DNA from: Xylella taiwanensis
GTDB lineage: Bacteria > Pseudomonadota > Gammaproteobacteria > Xanthomonadales > Xanthomonadaceae
Direction of reading: 5' to 3'
Assembly (NCBI RefSeq): GCF_013177435.1
Contig: NZ_CP053627.1
Location: 570,001 to 602,000 of the forward strand
Length of the DNA: 32,000 nt
Shown: piece after piece, positions 1 through 11,863 of the stretch
Layout of the letters: each line of letters begins with the position of its first letter
Numbering within the stretch: position 1 is the stretch's first letter
Made by a program: the position numbers and the translations under genes
Notes under the pieces: generated by a model
The model's database searches: none
Told to the model about the DNA's origin: nothing
Seen by the model: the letters and a program-made list of their open reading frames with translations, nothing else

Positions 1-807
1 CTGTTTTCGGTGCTGGACAGCCCTGATGAACTTGATACTGGTATACGGTCGTTGGGGCGGGCTAAGGGTCTGATCGAGTTCCGTGAGATCGTCGCCCGCT
101 ATCCTGATCGGGCTGCCCCAGTGCTGGAGGCTGTCAGTTTTGTTGCTGCACCGGGTACGGTTACTGCGATCGTTGGTCGTTCAGGTAGCGGCAAGTCAAG
201 TTTGGTCAAGTTGATCCCGCGTTTTTATGAGCCGGAGTCTGGTCAGATACTGCTTGATGGCTATCCACTACAGGATTATTTTTTAGGTGATCTGCGCCGT
301 CAGATTGCGTTGGTAGGGCAGCAGGTACTGTTGTTTGATGGCAGCATCGCCGAAAATATTGCTTATGGCGAGATGTCTCGGGTCATCTCTGAGGAGATTG
401 AACGTGTAGTGGTTGCTGCCAATGCTCAGGATTTTGTCAATCAGCTTCCAGAGAGATTGCAGTTTCAGGTTGGGTCAAAGGGCGGGCGTCTTTCTGGGGG
501 GCAACGCCAACGTTTGGCGATTGCGCGCGCCATGCTTAAGGATGCACCGATCCTCATCCTGGACGAGGCCACTGCTGCACTTGATAACGAATCCGAGCGC
601 TTAGTGCAGGATGCGTTGCGGCGCTTGATGCCGGAGCGCACCACACTTGTGATTGCACACCGGCTTTCAACGATCGAGCATGCGGATCAGGTGCTGGTGA
701 TGGACCAGGGGCGCATCATCGAGTGCGGTACCCATGTCGATCTGTTGGCACGCAACGGGCTGTACGCTTATTTGTACAGCCTGCAATTCCGCGAACGTCC
801 AACATGA
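1..807 (+). CDS. msbA: Lipid A export ABC transporter MsbA-like, C-terminal ATPase domain (5' end lies outside the window)
   Basis: Frame 1 is open from nt 1. It carries Walker [13 protein letters not shown] signature LSGGQRQR and Walker B ILILDEAT. The stop TGA at 805-807 overlaps the next ATG (ATGA). An lpxK gene immediately downstream is the classical msbA-lpxK arrangement. Confidence 0.85.
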   Translation: MFSVLDSPDELDTGIRSLGRAKGLIEFREIVARYPDRAAPVLEAVSFVAAPGTVTAIVGRSGSGKSSLVKLIPRFYEPESGQILLDGYPLQDYFLGDLRRQIALVGQQVLLFDGSIAENIAYGEMSRVISEEIERVVVAANAQDFVNQLPERLQFQVGSKGGRLSGGQRQRLAIARAMLKDAPILILDEATAALDNESERLVQDALRRLMPERTTLVIAHRLSTIEHADQVLVMDQGRIIECGTHVDLLARNGLYAYLYSLQFRERPT

Positions 808-1823
808 GTAGTAGACGTGCTCCCAGGATTCCGGAGTATTGGTATGGGCAGGTTCCGGTACCGCCATTGATGCGGTTCTTGGAGACCATCTATGCTGGTG
901 TGACCAATTTGCGTCGTTTGGCCTATCGCCGTGGCTGGCGACGTCGGAGTGAAGTGCCGGTACCCGTAGTGGTGATCGGTAACTTGATTGCTGGTGGTAC
1001 CGGTAAAACCCCGTTGACGATCGAAATGGTTGCACGTTTGCGTGAAGCCGGCTGGATTCCGGGGATAGCCAGCCGCGGTTACGGTCGCTGTGATCCTAAG
1101 ATCCCACGTTGGATCCAGGCGGACACACCAACCGAATTGGCTGGCGATGAGCCGGTGATGATCGCTTGGAAGACTGGGATGCGAGTGCGGGTCGATGTTG
1201 ACCGGAGTGCAGCAGCGCATGCTTTGGTTGCGGAAGGCTGCAACATCGTAGTTTGCGACGATGGCTTGCAGCACTATCGGTTGAGGCGTGATATTGAGAT
1301 CGAGGTGATCGACGGTCAGCGTCGCTACGGCAACGGGCGTCTGCTGCCAGCTGGTCCGCTGCGTGAGCCGGTGGAGCGCGGTTGCATTTGCGATTTTCGT
1401 GTGCTCAATTTAGGCCAGGACAGTGATCGACCAGCCTCCGGGGCTGGTCCTCACGAGTGGCAGATGCGCTTGCACATTGACCATGTGCAGCCGTTGCAAG
1501 GGTTTCGACTGCGGTCGCTGGATGCCTTCTCCGGACAACGTGTGCATGCTGTGGCTGGCATCGCACATCCGGAACGTTTCTTTGAGATGCTGCGTCAGCG
1601 TGGTATTGGTGTGGTTCCGCATGCATTCCCGGATCATCACTTCTACCGGACAGAGGACTTTGCCTTCGGTAGCCGTCTCCCTGTGTTGATGACTGAGAAG
1701 GATGCGGTCAAATGCCGTGCCTTTGCTGACGATTGGTTCTTCAGTGTGCCATTGCGAGTCGAGTTGCCTGTCGCGTTCTGGATTGGGTTGTTTGACCGGC
1801 TTGACCAGCTTGTTTCCTGCTGA
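804..1823 (+). CDS. lpxK: Tetraacyldisaccharide 4'-kinase
   Basis: ATG at 804 ([15 protein letters not shown]...) overlaps the msbA stop. P-loop [12 protein letters not shown] is present, and the length of about 339 aa is typical. The 723 start in the ORF track is an extension into msbA. Confidence 0.85.
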   Translation: MSSRRAPRIPEYWYGQVPVPPLMRFLETIYAGVTNLRRLAYRRGWRRRSEVPVPVVVIGNLIAGGTGKTPLTIEMVARLREAGWIPGIASRGYGRCDPKIPRWIQADTPTELAGDEPVMIAWKTGMRVRVDVDRSAAAHALVAEGCNIVVCDDGLQHYRLRRDIEIEVIDGQRRYGNGRLLPAGPLREPVERGCICDFRVLNLGQDSDRPASGAGPHEWQMRLHIDHVQPLQGFRLRSLDAFSGQRVHAVAGIAHPERFFEMLRQRGIGVVPHAFPDHHFYRTEDFAFGSRLPVLMTEKDAVKCRAFADDWFFSVPLRVELPVAFWIGLFDRLDQLVSC

Positions 1824-3146
1824 ATGCCCTACAAATGTCATGTCTATATCCGCGCCGTGATCGCGATTGTTCTTCAAAACATTGAGGTTCTCTGCATTGG
1901 GCATCGATCATGTGAAATGAACATGCATGTGTCCGATCGCATCGTGGCAGGTTGTCTGTTGTTGCGTCGTCTGATCTTGACCCATTTCACGCACACAGCC
2001 TGTTGCGTTTACCATCAAATTGAGAGTGCAACAGGGGCCGGTAACGCATCAATTGCAAGCAAAGGCAGTTGCTGTACTTTCGGTTGTTCAGGTTATTGCC
2101 GATTGACGGGTTAGCTGATGATCACTCCTTCCAGCACAACGCTAAAGATGCTTTGCCTAGCTGGGGATCGTTCTGGAGCAGCGTCGACATCGCTCCATCG
2201 TGACTGATGCCCACCACTACATGGAGAGACTCTCTCCGAATACCTTTGGCAGCAGGACTGCTCGTTCAGCAGCATGGTCCGTATGTTGAACCAATAGTCT
2301 CAGCGGACAATGACACAGGGGCCTGATCTGATTGTGCAATACCTGTTCCTATGCCAACGCCGATGGTACAAAGTTTGACGATGGTGGCTATATCGCTTTT
2401 GCGTGCCTTGTGACCTCACCCCACGATGACCACTTGGCTAATCTCGTTGCAACGTGTACAGCGCGATCTCAATTCCTCACCAAGACAACTCGGCTTCCGT
2501 TTGCGCCACTCCTGTCTAGTTCAATGTCCTACCGGCTGTGTCTGTATGTCCCTGGATAGCCGTTGACCTCTCCGAGACTTGGAGCAGGGATGGCACATGC
2601 CGACATACGATGAAGCAAGCATCGCATTCGTTCAGGCCATGCCCCTGTGGGGGAGTGGCGATCCACGCACCACGCTTGAATCGAAAGTGTATCGGACGTG
2701 ACGGCCATTAGCGGTATTTTGGATCTGCTTGTTTCCACATATGTAGCTACCATTAGAAGAGTTGCGTTCGCTGGCTGGTGGCGCGATGACTTAAACGATC
2801 ATTGGTGTTAGTACTGACGGCTATGGCTTTCTTGAACGTTTGAATTTTTAAAGTGGATGTTTTGTGCCAACGTCCTGGTATCGACAGTGCGCTGATTGAG
2901 AGGTGAACGTTGCCGTGTTGGTGGTTTAATAGAGATTAGGCCCATGCTTCGTTGCAGCGATGCAGAGTGCCGGCGTCTTACTGTTGCTGTTTCCCCTGCT
3001 GTTCCAACGTTAGTCTTCTGATGCGGTTGGCTGGTCGAATTGACGGTTGTTATTTTGGTCAACAGGGATAAGGCGTGAGGCGTCGGTGTTAAGACTATCT
3101 CTGCTTATCGGTGTACGCTGATTGTGTTTCTGGAAGCGAGGCATAC

Positions 3147-3779
3147 ATGAAAACATTTCTGGTGGCCGGCTCCAAGGGGGGAGTAGGCAAGACGACGATT
3201 GCGACCAACTTGGCGGCGCAGGCGGCATTGCGGGGGGGGCGTACAGTACTGGTGGATGCGGATCCGCAGAAATCGTCCACACGTTGGATTGAGCGCCGTG
3301 CCAACCTGGACAATGGGGTGCTGTCAATCGATGCCAACGGGTCCCGCAGCTGGCGCAAGCACCTGCCCGGCAATACAGACTTGGTCATCATTGATGCCCC
3401 TGCTGGGATGTTCGCTGAGCATCTGGAGAATTTTCTTGAACAGGCTGATGCGGTGATTGTGCCAGTGATGGCTTCGGCACTGGACATTGAGGCAGTGGTG
3501 GGTTTCTTGAACACCATGGCTCAGGTGCCACGAGTGCATCAACGCAAGCTACCGGTTGGTTTGGTGCTTAACCGTGCTAAATCTCGGACTCAGACCACGC
3601 AACAAGCGATGCAAATGCTTGGTGATTGGCCGTATCTGCTGGTCGCGCAATTGCGTGATAGCCAGTTTTACGTGGTGCTGGCTGGCCAGGGACGTAGCGT
3701 ATTTGATTACCGTTCTGCTCAGGCGCGTGATCATCAGCAAGACTGGAAGCCGCTGTTGCACTGGCTCAATAAGCTTTAG
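3147..3779 (+). CDS. Orphan ParA/MinD-family P-loop ATPase
   Basis: ATG at 3147 gives MKTFLVAGSKGGVGKTT (deviant Walker A KGGxGKT), followed by VLVDADPQ and LVIIDAP. About 210 aa. The 3111 start in the ORF track adds 12 non-conserved residues. Confidence 0.75.
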   Translation: MKTFLVAGSKGGVGKTTIATNLAAQAALRGGRTVLVDADPQKSSTRWIERRANLDNGVLSIDANGSRSWRKHLPGNTDLVIIDAPAGMFAEHLENFLEQADAVIVPVMASALDIEAVVGFLNTMAQVPRVHQRKLPVGLVLNRAKSRTQTTQQAMQMLGDWPYLLVAQLRDSQFYVVLAGQGRSVFDYRSAQARDHQQDWKPLLHWLNKL

Positions 3780-3798
3780 ATAGATGCAGGATGTCGTG

Positions 3799-4275
3799 AT
3801 GCGTGAACTGATCTTGTTGCGTCATGCCCATGCTGAGCCGGCTAGTATCGGGCAGACTGATTTTGATCGCCCGCTCTCGCAACACGGCATGATAGAGGCG
3901 GAAGCTGCTGGATATTGGCTGCGTAAGCAGCGCTTGACTCCTGATCGAGTGTTGTGTTCTCCGGCGCGACGTGCGCGTGAGACATTGGAGACAATATTGG
4001 CGGTAATCGGTTATGTCGAGCAATGTCTGGAGGAGCGCCTCTACGAGGCGACTGTGGGTACCCTGATGGCACTTGCCGATGAGTACCGGGAGATCGACCG
4101 GTTGCTACTGGTCGGGCATAATCCCGGTATGGAGCAGTTGGTCTCGCTGATACGCAGCAGGGAGACCAGTGAGTACCCTGGGATGCCTACGGGATCAATC
4201 GCATTGCTGGCTTTGCCGTTGAATGCGAGCATTGAACTGGGCATCACCTATCTGACTGCGTTCTGGTGGCCGTGA
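3799..4275 (+). CDS. sixA: SixA-like phosphohistidine phosphatase (histidine phosphatase superfamily)
   Basis: MRELILLRHAHAE carries the RHA/G catalytic motif, with a second His motif at LLLVGHNPG. About 158 aa. I prefer ATG 3799 over 3784 because AGGA lies about 8 nt upstream. Confidence 0.65.
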   Translation: MRELILLRHAHAEPASIGQTDFDRPLSQHGMIEAEAAGYWLRKQRLTPDRVLCSPARRARETLETILAVIGYVEQCLEERLYEATVGTLMALADEYREIDRLLLVGHNPGMEQLVSLIRSRETSEYPGMPTGSIALLALPLNASIELGITYLTAFWWP

Positions 4276-4279
4276 CGCC

Positions 4280-4852
4280 GTGTCTGCGATCTTATGGATC
4301 TTTATTTTGTTTTCGGTGTTACCTGTATCCTGGGCTACAGCGCAGCAGCGATTGAAGCTGGATCCAGTGCATTCTTACTTTGAGTTCGAAGTCCGTACTT
4401 GTTTGGGACGGAGCATCAAGGGTGTGTTCCCACGGTTCGAAGGTGAAGTTGTGAGTCTGTCTGAGGAGCGCGAGAAAGTGAGATTGCGCCTGTATACAGC
4501 CGATGCGGTCATTCCTGGCAGACCTCGTTACACCGAATGGATACGTGGAGAGAATTTTTTTGATGCGCAACATTATCCAACAATCGAGTTTGAATCTCAG
4601 TACTATTCTCCTCGAGTGATGCTGCAAGGAGGCAAGATCAATGGAAATTTGACAATTCGTGGTATCAACCGGGAGGAAACGTTGCAGATCCAGCCAGCCA
4701 CCTGCGCCCGGCCTGGTTACGATTGCGACGTAGTGAGCACTGGTGTTGTGCTGCGCGGGCGCTATGGCATGGAGAGTTGGCGGTTAGTACTTAGTAATCG
4801 AGTGACCTTCCGTTGGCGTGGTCGTGTGATCGAGGGGTCACCAAGTCCTTGA
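4280..4852 (+). CDS. YceI-like secreted protein
   Basis: GTG start. N-terminal signal-like MSAILWIFILFSVLPVSWATA, then LDPVHSYFEFEVR...KGVFPRFEGEV, which is typical of the YceI family. Confidence 0.7.
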   Translation: MSAILWIFILFSVLPVSWATAQQRLKLDPVHSYFEFEVRTCLGRSIKGVFPRFEGEVVSLSEEREKVRLRLYTADAVIPGRPRYTEWIRGENFFDAQHYPTIEFESQYYSPRVMLQGGKINGNLTIRGINREETLQIQPATCARPGYDCDVVSTGVVLRGRYGMESWRLVLSNRVTFRWRGRVIEGSPSP

Positions 4853-4854
4853 GC

Positions 4855-6801
4855 ATGCTGATACGTCTGTTGTTGCTTGCAGGTATTTTGTTGAATATTG
4901 GTTGTGTCAGCCTGTCGCATGCCCAGTTGGATCATGCTGCCTTGGTTGCCGTGGCTGCGCGCCCGGCCACGCTGGATTGCCGCAGGCCCGATCATTGTGC
5001 GTTGAATTCACCGCTGTATGCACTCGGTCGTCAAGCGCTGAGTGAATCTACGCCTGCTGTACCGCTTCACTATGTGACCATTCTCGATAAAGGGGAGGAT
5101 GCGTTGATCGCACGAGTGAATTTGATCCGCAGTGCTACCCGCAGCATTGACGTGCAGACTTACATCTTCGACAAGGACGATAGTGCGCGATTGATCATGG
5201 ATGAGCTATTGGCTGCATCCAGGCGTGGTGTGCGAGTACGTTTACTGATCGACCAACTTTCGGCGATTTCCGATCTGAATATTCTGGGTGCTTTGGCTGG
5301 TGCACACGCTAATTTCCAACTGCGCATCTACAACCCGGCTTTTGGTAAAGCCAAACTGAACTATGGCGACTATGTTGCTAGCGTGCTGTGTTGCTTCCGT
5401 CGCTTCAATCAGCGCATGCATAACAAATTGTTGGTTATCGATGAGATGATCGGCGTGGTCGGTGGGCGCAACTACCAGGATGACTATTACGATTGGGACC
5501 TTGAATACAACTTTCGCGACCGTGATGTGCTTGTGGCCGGACCGGCGGTGCTGCAAATGGCGGTTAACTTTGATGCGTTCTGGGCGGCTGAGCGCAGCGT
5601 ACCGGTAGAGCGCCTCAGCGATGTTGGACGCCTGTTACTGCGGGAGGGGGTGCCGACGCTGCCGTCAACCGTGTTCCGCCGGGAGCAGCGGGTCCAGCGC
5701 ATTAATGCCGAAGCCAACGATCCGGACTATATCAAGCGCACCTTTGTCGATGCTGCGTTGCCTGTGAACAAAGTCCAGTATGTTGCTGACCTGCCGCAGA
5801 AGCATCGCTATGAGCAGAGCGCAAATGTGGTTTCCATCGCACCACGGCTGGATAGTTTGATTTCTGACGCACGTCATGAAGTCATCTTGCAGACTCCATA
5901 TCTGGTGTTGTCCAGACCAGCACGTAATATCTTCCGCCGCCTTAATCGTACCCAGGACAAACCGCGTGTGGTAGTGGCGACCAACAGTTTGGCTTCCACC
6001 GACAATCCCATCGTCTATGCCATGTCTTACAAGTACAAACGGCGCAACCTGCGTGAGTTGGGATTTGACATCTACGAGTACAAGCCGTTTCCGGAAGATC
6101 CACCAATCGATCCGACGGATGTTGTTCCGACCGAGGTATCGAGCCTTGAGTATCCTCAGACGCACGATGACCAGGACCCTGCCTCTGCTGTCAAAGTATC
6201 CGGTGATGTAGTGAATGATCGTCAGTCACTCCCACTTGAGAATGGTGGTCAAGTGGATCAGCGTCTGTTGCGGACAGAAACGCGTCGGCCCTATAAGGTC
6301 AACAAGCCGTTGCCGGTGACCCGTCTGGGCGCACGCATGGGGCTGCATGCAAAGTCATTGGTCGTTGATCTGAAGGTCGGGGTGATTGGTACCCACAACT
6401 TCGATCCGCGCAGCGAGATTTACAATACCGAAGCTGTTGTGGTGATTGAGGATCCGGCTTTCGCTCGCATGTTGGCTTCTAGCATTGAGCGCGACATCGC
6501 TCCAGGTAATTCGTGGGCAGTGGCACCGCGGAAGAAGTTGCCTTGGGTCTATAGATTTAACTATTCGGTGGGCAAGCTATCTGAGGCGTTGCCTGTGTTG
6601 GACCTGTGGCCTTGGCGCTACGCGACCAACTATGAATTCAAACCCGGGCCGGATTGCCCAATTCCATTACCACGGCGGGACCCATATTTCATGCAGTGTT
6701 ATGAACCCGTCGGTGACTTCCCCGAGGTCAATGTTGGCCCAAAGTGGCTGTTGGTGCGGATGTTGACCGCATTCGGCGCTGGGTTGGTGCCCATCTTGTG
6801 A
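4855..6801 (+). CDS. Phospholipase D / cardiolipin-synthase-like lipoprotein with two HKD motifs
   Basis: ATG at 4855 follows directly after the YceI stop. Lipobox-like signal MLIRLLLLAGILLNIGC. HKD1 is HNKLLVID..GGRN (5419-5442) and HKD2 is HAKSLVVD..GTHN (6346-6369). Confidence 0.75.
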   Translation: MLIRLLLLAGILLNIGCVSLSHAQLDHAALVAVAARPATLDCRRPDHCALNSPLYALGRQALSESTPAVPLHYVTILDKGEDALIARVNLIRSATRSIDVQTYIFDKDDSARLIMDELLAASRRGVRVRLLIDQLSAISDLNILGALAGAHANFQLRIYNPAFGKAKLNYGDYVASVLCCFRRFNQRMHNKLLVIDEMIGVVGGRNYQDDYYDWDLEYNFRDRDVLVAGPAVLQMAVNFDAFWAAERSVPVERLSDVGRLLLREGVPTLPSTVFRREQRVQRINAEANDPDYIKRTFVDAALPVNKVQYVADLPQKHRYEQSANVVSIAPRLDSLISDARHEVILQTPYLVLSRPARNIFRRLNRTQDKPRVVVATNSLASTDNPIVYAMSYKYKRRNLRELGFDIYEYKPFPEDPPIDPTDVVPTEVSSLEYPQTHDDQDPASAVKVSGDVVNDRQSLPLENGGQVDQRLLRTETRRPYKVNKPLPVTRLGARMGLHAKSLVVDLKVGVIGTHNFDPRSEIYNTEAVVVIEDPAFARMLASSIERDIAPGNSWAVAPRKKLPWVYRFNYSVGKLSEALPVLDLWPWRYATNYEFKPGPDCPIPLPRRDPYFMQCYEPVGDFPEVNVGPKWLLVRMLTAFGAGLVPIL

Positions 6802-7116
6802 GGTGCCGAGTGATTTGCTCCACTATCGCTGCTACAGATTGCATGGCGGGCTGTATCCCAGTGTTCCGCAGTATTTAATAGCTGGATAGGGATCTCATGA
6901 ATTTCGATGTTCCATACATGGGTTCGGGCGACTTCATTCGATCGGTTTGAAGTGGTTTTGCATCAGTACCTTTAATGGATCAACCATTTTATTGAATTTA
7001 ATAAAATTTATGGATTCCGTCTAAAAATAAGTGTGATATATGTTTGGAAGCCCGCACTATTATTGATGTGAGTTTTATTTTTTAGACAGCTATTTTGCAT
7101 ATTTAAAGAATCATTC

Positions 7117-7131
7117 TGCACACTGTGTGCA
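7117..7131. repeat. 15-nt perfect palindrome tgcacac-t-gtgtgca in an AT-rich spacer
   Basis: Read directly from the sequence. It sits in a stretch of about 30% GC, 180 nt upstream of the DUF488 remnant. It is a candidate operator. Confidence 0.6.
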
Positions 7132-7311
7132 ACTACTTTAATCCATCTGTACATAAATCGGCTGTAAGGAGCATGACAGCCTCTGATGATTGCATTGGCA
7201 TCCATCAGTCCGTCCTGATTTTTTGTGCCTGAACGATTTTAGGTCGGGAAGGCAGCCTTCCAGGGATGCTTCCAGTAAAATTGATTCTTTGAAAATAGGG
7301 GCAGACAACTA

Positions 7312-7783
7312 ATGACGGTTTTCACCATCTGCTAGGAAGGACTGGACATGTGATTTCATGTCACTGCTTTCTGAGCACGGCATCGAAACCGTCGTGGACA
7401 TCTGCCAGATGCCCCTGTCCCGCAAGCTTGGCTTCTCGAAGAAAGCGTTGGCCAATGTGCTCAACCTCTCCGGCATTGAGTACGTCCACATAGTCGAACT
7501 GGGCTGCCCGAGGTCGCTGCGTGACGACTATCGTGCCGATGGCGATTGGAAGCGGTACACGACGAGTTTTCTCAGGTATCTGAAAACGCAGAAAGACGCT
7601 ATCGTCGATCTGGTCAATTTGGTGCAGTCCTCAACCTGTGCGTTGCTGTGCTATGCGGCCGATTTCAATTTCTGCCACCGCTCAATGGTGGCTGATGCCG
7701 TCCGTAAGCAGTGTGGTGTGGCAGTCGAGCACATCCCGGTCAAAGCAACGACATTTGCCGGTCTTCAGCTCGCTTTCTCTTAG
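7312..7783 (+). pseudogene. DUF488-family gene with a disrupted 5' end
   Basis: The 141-aa ORF (7358-7783) reads ...LLSEHGIETVVDICQMPLSRK..GIEYVHIVELG..LLCYAADFNFCHRSMVADAV, the DUF488 body. The expected N-terminus MTVFTI(GHS) lies in another frame at 7312-7332 and runs into TAG at 7333-7335. So there is a frameshift plus a stop between the two pieces. Confidence 0.55.
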
Positions 7784-8590
7784 GCGGGTAGAACAAACTG
7801 ATGATCAGCCACTTGTCTTGAAACCGGTGTTGATTGCCCATCAGAAACATCAAATCCTTGTTAATGAGGTCACTTTCCAGCTTGGCGCGGAACTTGTCTT
7901 TCCAACCTGTTGTGCAGTGCTTACGGTACATATTCCAGAACAGGACGCCCGCCTCCCAATCGACGATCTTATGCTTGTGCTCCTTCTGGAGGTCCGGCAT
8001 GTCGCACACGTAGGAGTAGTAGAAGTCGAACGGTACCTTGCGTAGTTCCGTCACCTGCTGCTTGGCCTGCACTTCGGAAAATAAGTTGCCCTGCATCTGG
8101 GCGCGCATCAGCTTTTCTTTCTCTTCGTCCGTCCAATCCTTGTTACGCGCGTCCTTGATCTCAGATCTCAATGCCAAGGACTTTCTTCGGACGTAACGAG
8201 GCAATTGACACTCCTTTATCCTTGCGGGTCAGATCCATTTCGTCGTAGCTGCTGAAGGTGGGTATCTTGTCTATCCACTCCCGGCGTTCGAGGTCGTGAC
8301 TGTCTCTTTTACCTCTAGCATGCCGATGTCCACCTTGTGGCTTTCGGGGCGGTGATCCACTGCTGCCTTTTCGACGCCGACCTCAATCCACTGCCATTTC
8401 TTGAACTGCTGATCCTGTTCAATCATCCGGAATGGCACCGGATACAAGCGGTGCATCACGCCATCTTGATTGATTCCCGCTACACAGGAGGTTTCGACGT
8501 GCTTGGTGAAGGCTAGGTCTTCGCCAGAATCAGGATGTGTTCACGTCGAACGAGCGCTATCCCTTGCCTCCCCCGTCTTGGATGTTGCAT
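7740..8590 (-). pseudogene. Unrecognised protein-like gene split over at least three reading frames
   Basis: Minus-strand pieces read in order. ..EDLAFTKHVETSCVAGINQDGVMHRLYPVPFRMIEQDQQFKKWQWIEV.. ends at 8271. A second frame gives EWIDKIPTFSSYDEMDLTRKDKG at about 8205-8280. The 154-aa ORF 7740-8204 has no ATG (TTG only). A possible ATG at 8590 lies in yet another frame. Confidence 0.5.
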
Positions 8591-8688
8591 TTAGAGCGTT
8601 GCTTTTGGTATTGCGGCGGCGTATTTCGTAGGAGTGTGGTTGATAGACGATCATGAACGTGTTTGCTGCGTGTGACTTCTGACGTCAC

Positions 8689-9174
8689 TCAGAGTGTTTC
8701 GAAACAGTTTTTGACGACGTTCTTGCGGACCTTATCCGGATGCCAGATTCTTCCGTTCATCGCGATATACACGCCTGACGATAGCGACTGTAAGGCACCG
8801 ATTGCGCAACCGATGTTGAACTGGGCATCCGAGCCGTGAAAACGCGCTGGGTTTAGCGCGCCTGTGATCACGATGGTTTTGTTTGGGATCGATTGCAGCC
8901 GCTTGCCGGTTTCTACCATTGAATCGGTGCCGTGGGTAATCAGCACGTGCTGGCAGGCTTGTTTGGCGATCGTGCTGTGGATTAACTCGCGGTCGGCTTC
9001 AACCATGTGCAGCGAGTCCTTGCGCATGATTGGAATTACATTGAAGCGAAAGGCGATGCCGAGTTCTTCGAGGATCTGGGCAATTTGTGGGTCTCCAACC
9101 TGATAGTCTGATTTTTCGTCGAAGTAGATCTTGTCGATCGTGCCACCTGTGGTGACAATCAAGAGTTCTTCCAT
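8689..9174 (-). CDS. Short asparaginase-domain protein (N-terminal asparaginase fold only)
   Basis: MEELLIVTTGGTIDK matches the asparaginase TGGTI motif, followed by ..ITHGTDSM.. . 161 aa. Confidence 0.65.
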   Translation of the reverse strand: MEELLIVTTGGTIDKIYFDEKSDYQVGDPQIAQILEELGIAFRFNVIPIMRKDSLHMVEADRELIHSTIAKQACQHVLITHGTDSMVETGKRLQSIPNKTIVITGALNPARFHGSDAQFNIGCAIGALQSLSSGVYIAMNGRIWHPDKVRKNVVKNCFETL

Positions 9175-9247
9175 ATGTTGTGGTTCTGTGAGCCGGCGTG
9201 TCCCGGTGATGTGTCAAAGAGGCGTTAATGATAAGCATTGTTTGTCT

Positions 9248-9982
<735 letters not shown>

Positions 9983-10669
9983 TCAGTGTCAGGTGCTTTC
10001 TGTGGATTACTTCCGTGGTGGCCGGTTGTTTTAATGCTCCAGCGATATCCCCGTATTTGTGTTGTTACCGTCGTCGCAGCCTTGCGAGACCGAATGTTCA
10101 CACATCGTCCAAAGGCAAGTGAGACGAATACAAGATAGCTGCTGGCGCATGTGTCGTGATGCGTGGAGACTCGGTGAAAATGTTCGATACGGTTAAACTT
10201 AAACAAGTGTTCAACCCCATTGTGTGGGTGGTATTCCCCTGACGATTGCGGCGTTCCGACTTGATGTTCGAGTGTGGTGTAATGCTCCCCTTGACAGTGC
10301 TGGATCCAAGCAGAAACATCCGTACAAAGGCATCGGTGTCTTAACCTGTATCGGCAATAATGGTTTTGCTGATGCTCATGAACCCAGTAATTCTCCTTAT
10401 AAAAATGCATCACACCCTCTACTGAGTGTGTTTGAATAAATTTTGTTGATTTTTTCGTGTTTTGGAAAGCGTTTCGTTGGTTTAGTGGTAACGCTGAAGG
10501 TGCATTTTCTGAATCTTGAACGTGCTAGCCATATAAGAAATTATTGCTTTTTTTATGCTTTCAATCAGGGGACAGCGTCAACGTGTCATCGGTTGGAGTG
10601 AAAGTAATGTCGCGGTGTGGAGTATGTTGCGACCTTTGCCTGGAGACGCTGACGTTAGTGAATGTTGGG

Positions 10670-11863
10670 ATGAATCATCTGGAAATTATTATTAAGTCAT
10701 TGCTCGACACCGACCTGTATAAATTCACGATGATGCAGGCGGTGTTGCATCAATACCCGGGGGCGCAGGTGGAATACCGGTTCAAATGCCGTACACCTGG
10801 GGTGGATTTGGCGCGTGTCATCAACGAAATCTCCAATGAGATCGATGCACTATGTGCCCTGCGCTTTTGTAAAGAGGAGCTGGACTACCTGCGCGGATTG
10901 CGTTTCTTGAAGCCTGACTTCGTTGATTTTCTTGGACTGTTTCATCTGGACCGCAAGTACCTGCAGTTGCGTGCTTCGACCCAGGTGCCGGGCGAGATCG
11001 AATTGGATATCTGTGGCCCATGGTTGCATACGATTCTGTTTGAGGTGCCGTTATTGGCGATTATCAATGAAGTTTGGTTCCGCAATACAAGCGTGCCGGA
11101 CTTCGACGTGGGCCGCGCGCGGTTACACGCTAAGGTACGTTTGCTTAAAGACCAGAGTGGTTATGAACAGTGCAGTATTGCTGACTATGGCACCCGCCGC
11201 CGTTACTCGCGGCAGTGGCATGCCGAGTTGCTGCCGCTGTTGGCGGAAGGGTTAGGTTCTAATTTCGTTGGTACCAGCAACGTTTACTTCGCCAAGCGGT
11301 ATGGCTATACCCCATTAGGTACGATGGCACATGAATACCTGCAGGCATTTCAGGCATTGGGACCCCGCCTGCGTGACTCGCAGGTGGCTGGGCTGGAAGC
11401 TTGGGCCCGTGAGTACCGCGGTGATTTAGGAATTGCGTTGTCGGACGTCGTTGGGTTGGATGCGTTTTTGGGTGACTTTGACTTGTACTTTTGCAAGTTG
11501 TTCGACGGAATGCGCCATGACTCCGGAGACCCGTTCCAATGGGGGGAGCGCATCATTATGCATCTGGAGTCACATCGTATAGATCCACGTACTAAGGTGC
11601 TGGTATTCAGCGATGGACTTGATATGAATAAGGTCATGCGGTTGTACCAGCACTTCCGGGGTCGCTGTCGCTTGGCGTTTGGTGTGGGAACGAGTTTGAC
11701 CAATGATCTTGGGCCGACACCATTACAGATCGTGATCAAAATGGTCCGTTGCAACGGTCAGCCAGTGGCTAAACTCAGTGATTCCCCGGGAAAGAGCATG
11801 TGTGACGATCCAGGTTACCTGCGTTACTTGCGTCAGGTGTTTGGATTATCGGCTGATGCTTGA
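10670..11863 (+). CDS. pncB: Nicotinate phosphoribosyltransferase
   Basis: ATG at 10670 gives [27 protein letters not shown]..., with ..GTMAHEY.. and ..GVGTSLTND.. . The 10544 start in the ORF track adds 42 implausible residues. Confidence 0.85.
   Translation: MNHLEIIIKSLLDTDLYKFTMMQAVLHQYPGAQVEYRFKCRTPGVDLARVINEISNEIDALCALRFCKEELDYLRGLRFLKPDFVDFLGLFHLDRKYLQLRASTQVPGEIELDICGPWLHTILFEVPLLAIINEVWFRNTSVPDFDVGRARLHAKVRLLKDQSGYEQCSIADYGTRRRYSRQWHAELLPLLAEGLGSNFVGTSNVYFAKRYGYTPLGTMAHEYLQAFQALGPRLRDSQVAGLEAWAREYRGDLGIALSDVVGLDAFLGDFDLYFCKLFDGMRHDSGDPFQWGERIIMHLESHRIDPRTKVLVFSDGLDMNKVMRLYQHFRGRCRLAFGVGTSLTNDLGPTPLQIVIKMVRCNGQPVAKLSDSPGKSMCDDPGYLRYLRQVFGLSADA

Noticed and set aside
723-803. The upstream extension of lpxK (start 723) and of pncB (start 10544) in the ORF track
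   Set aside because: The extensions overlap the preceding gene or add non-conserved residues. Internal ATGs (804 and 10670) begin the recognisable family N-termini.
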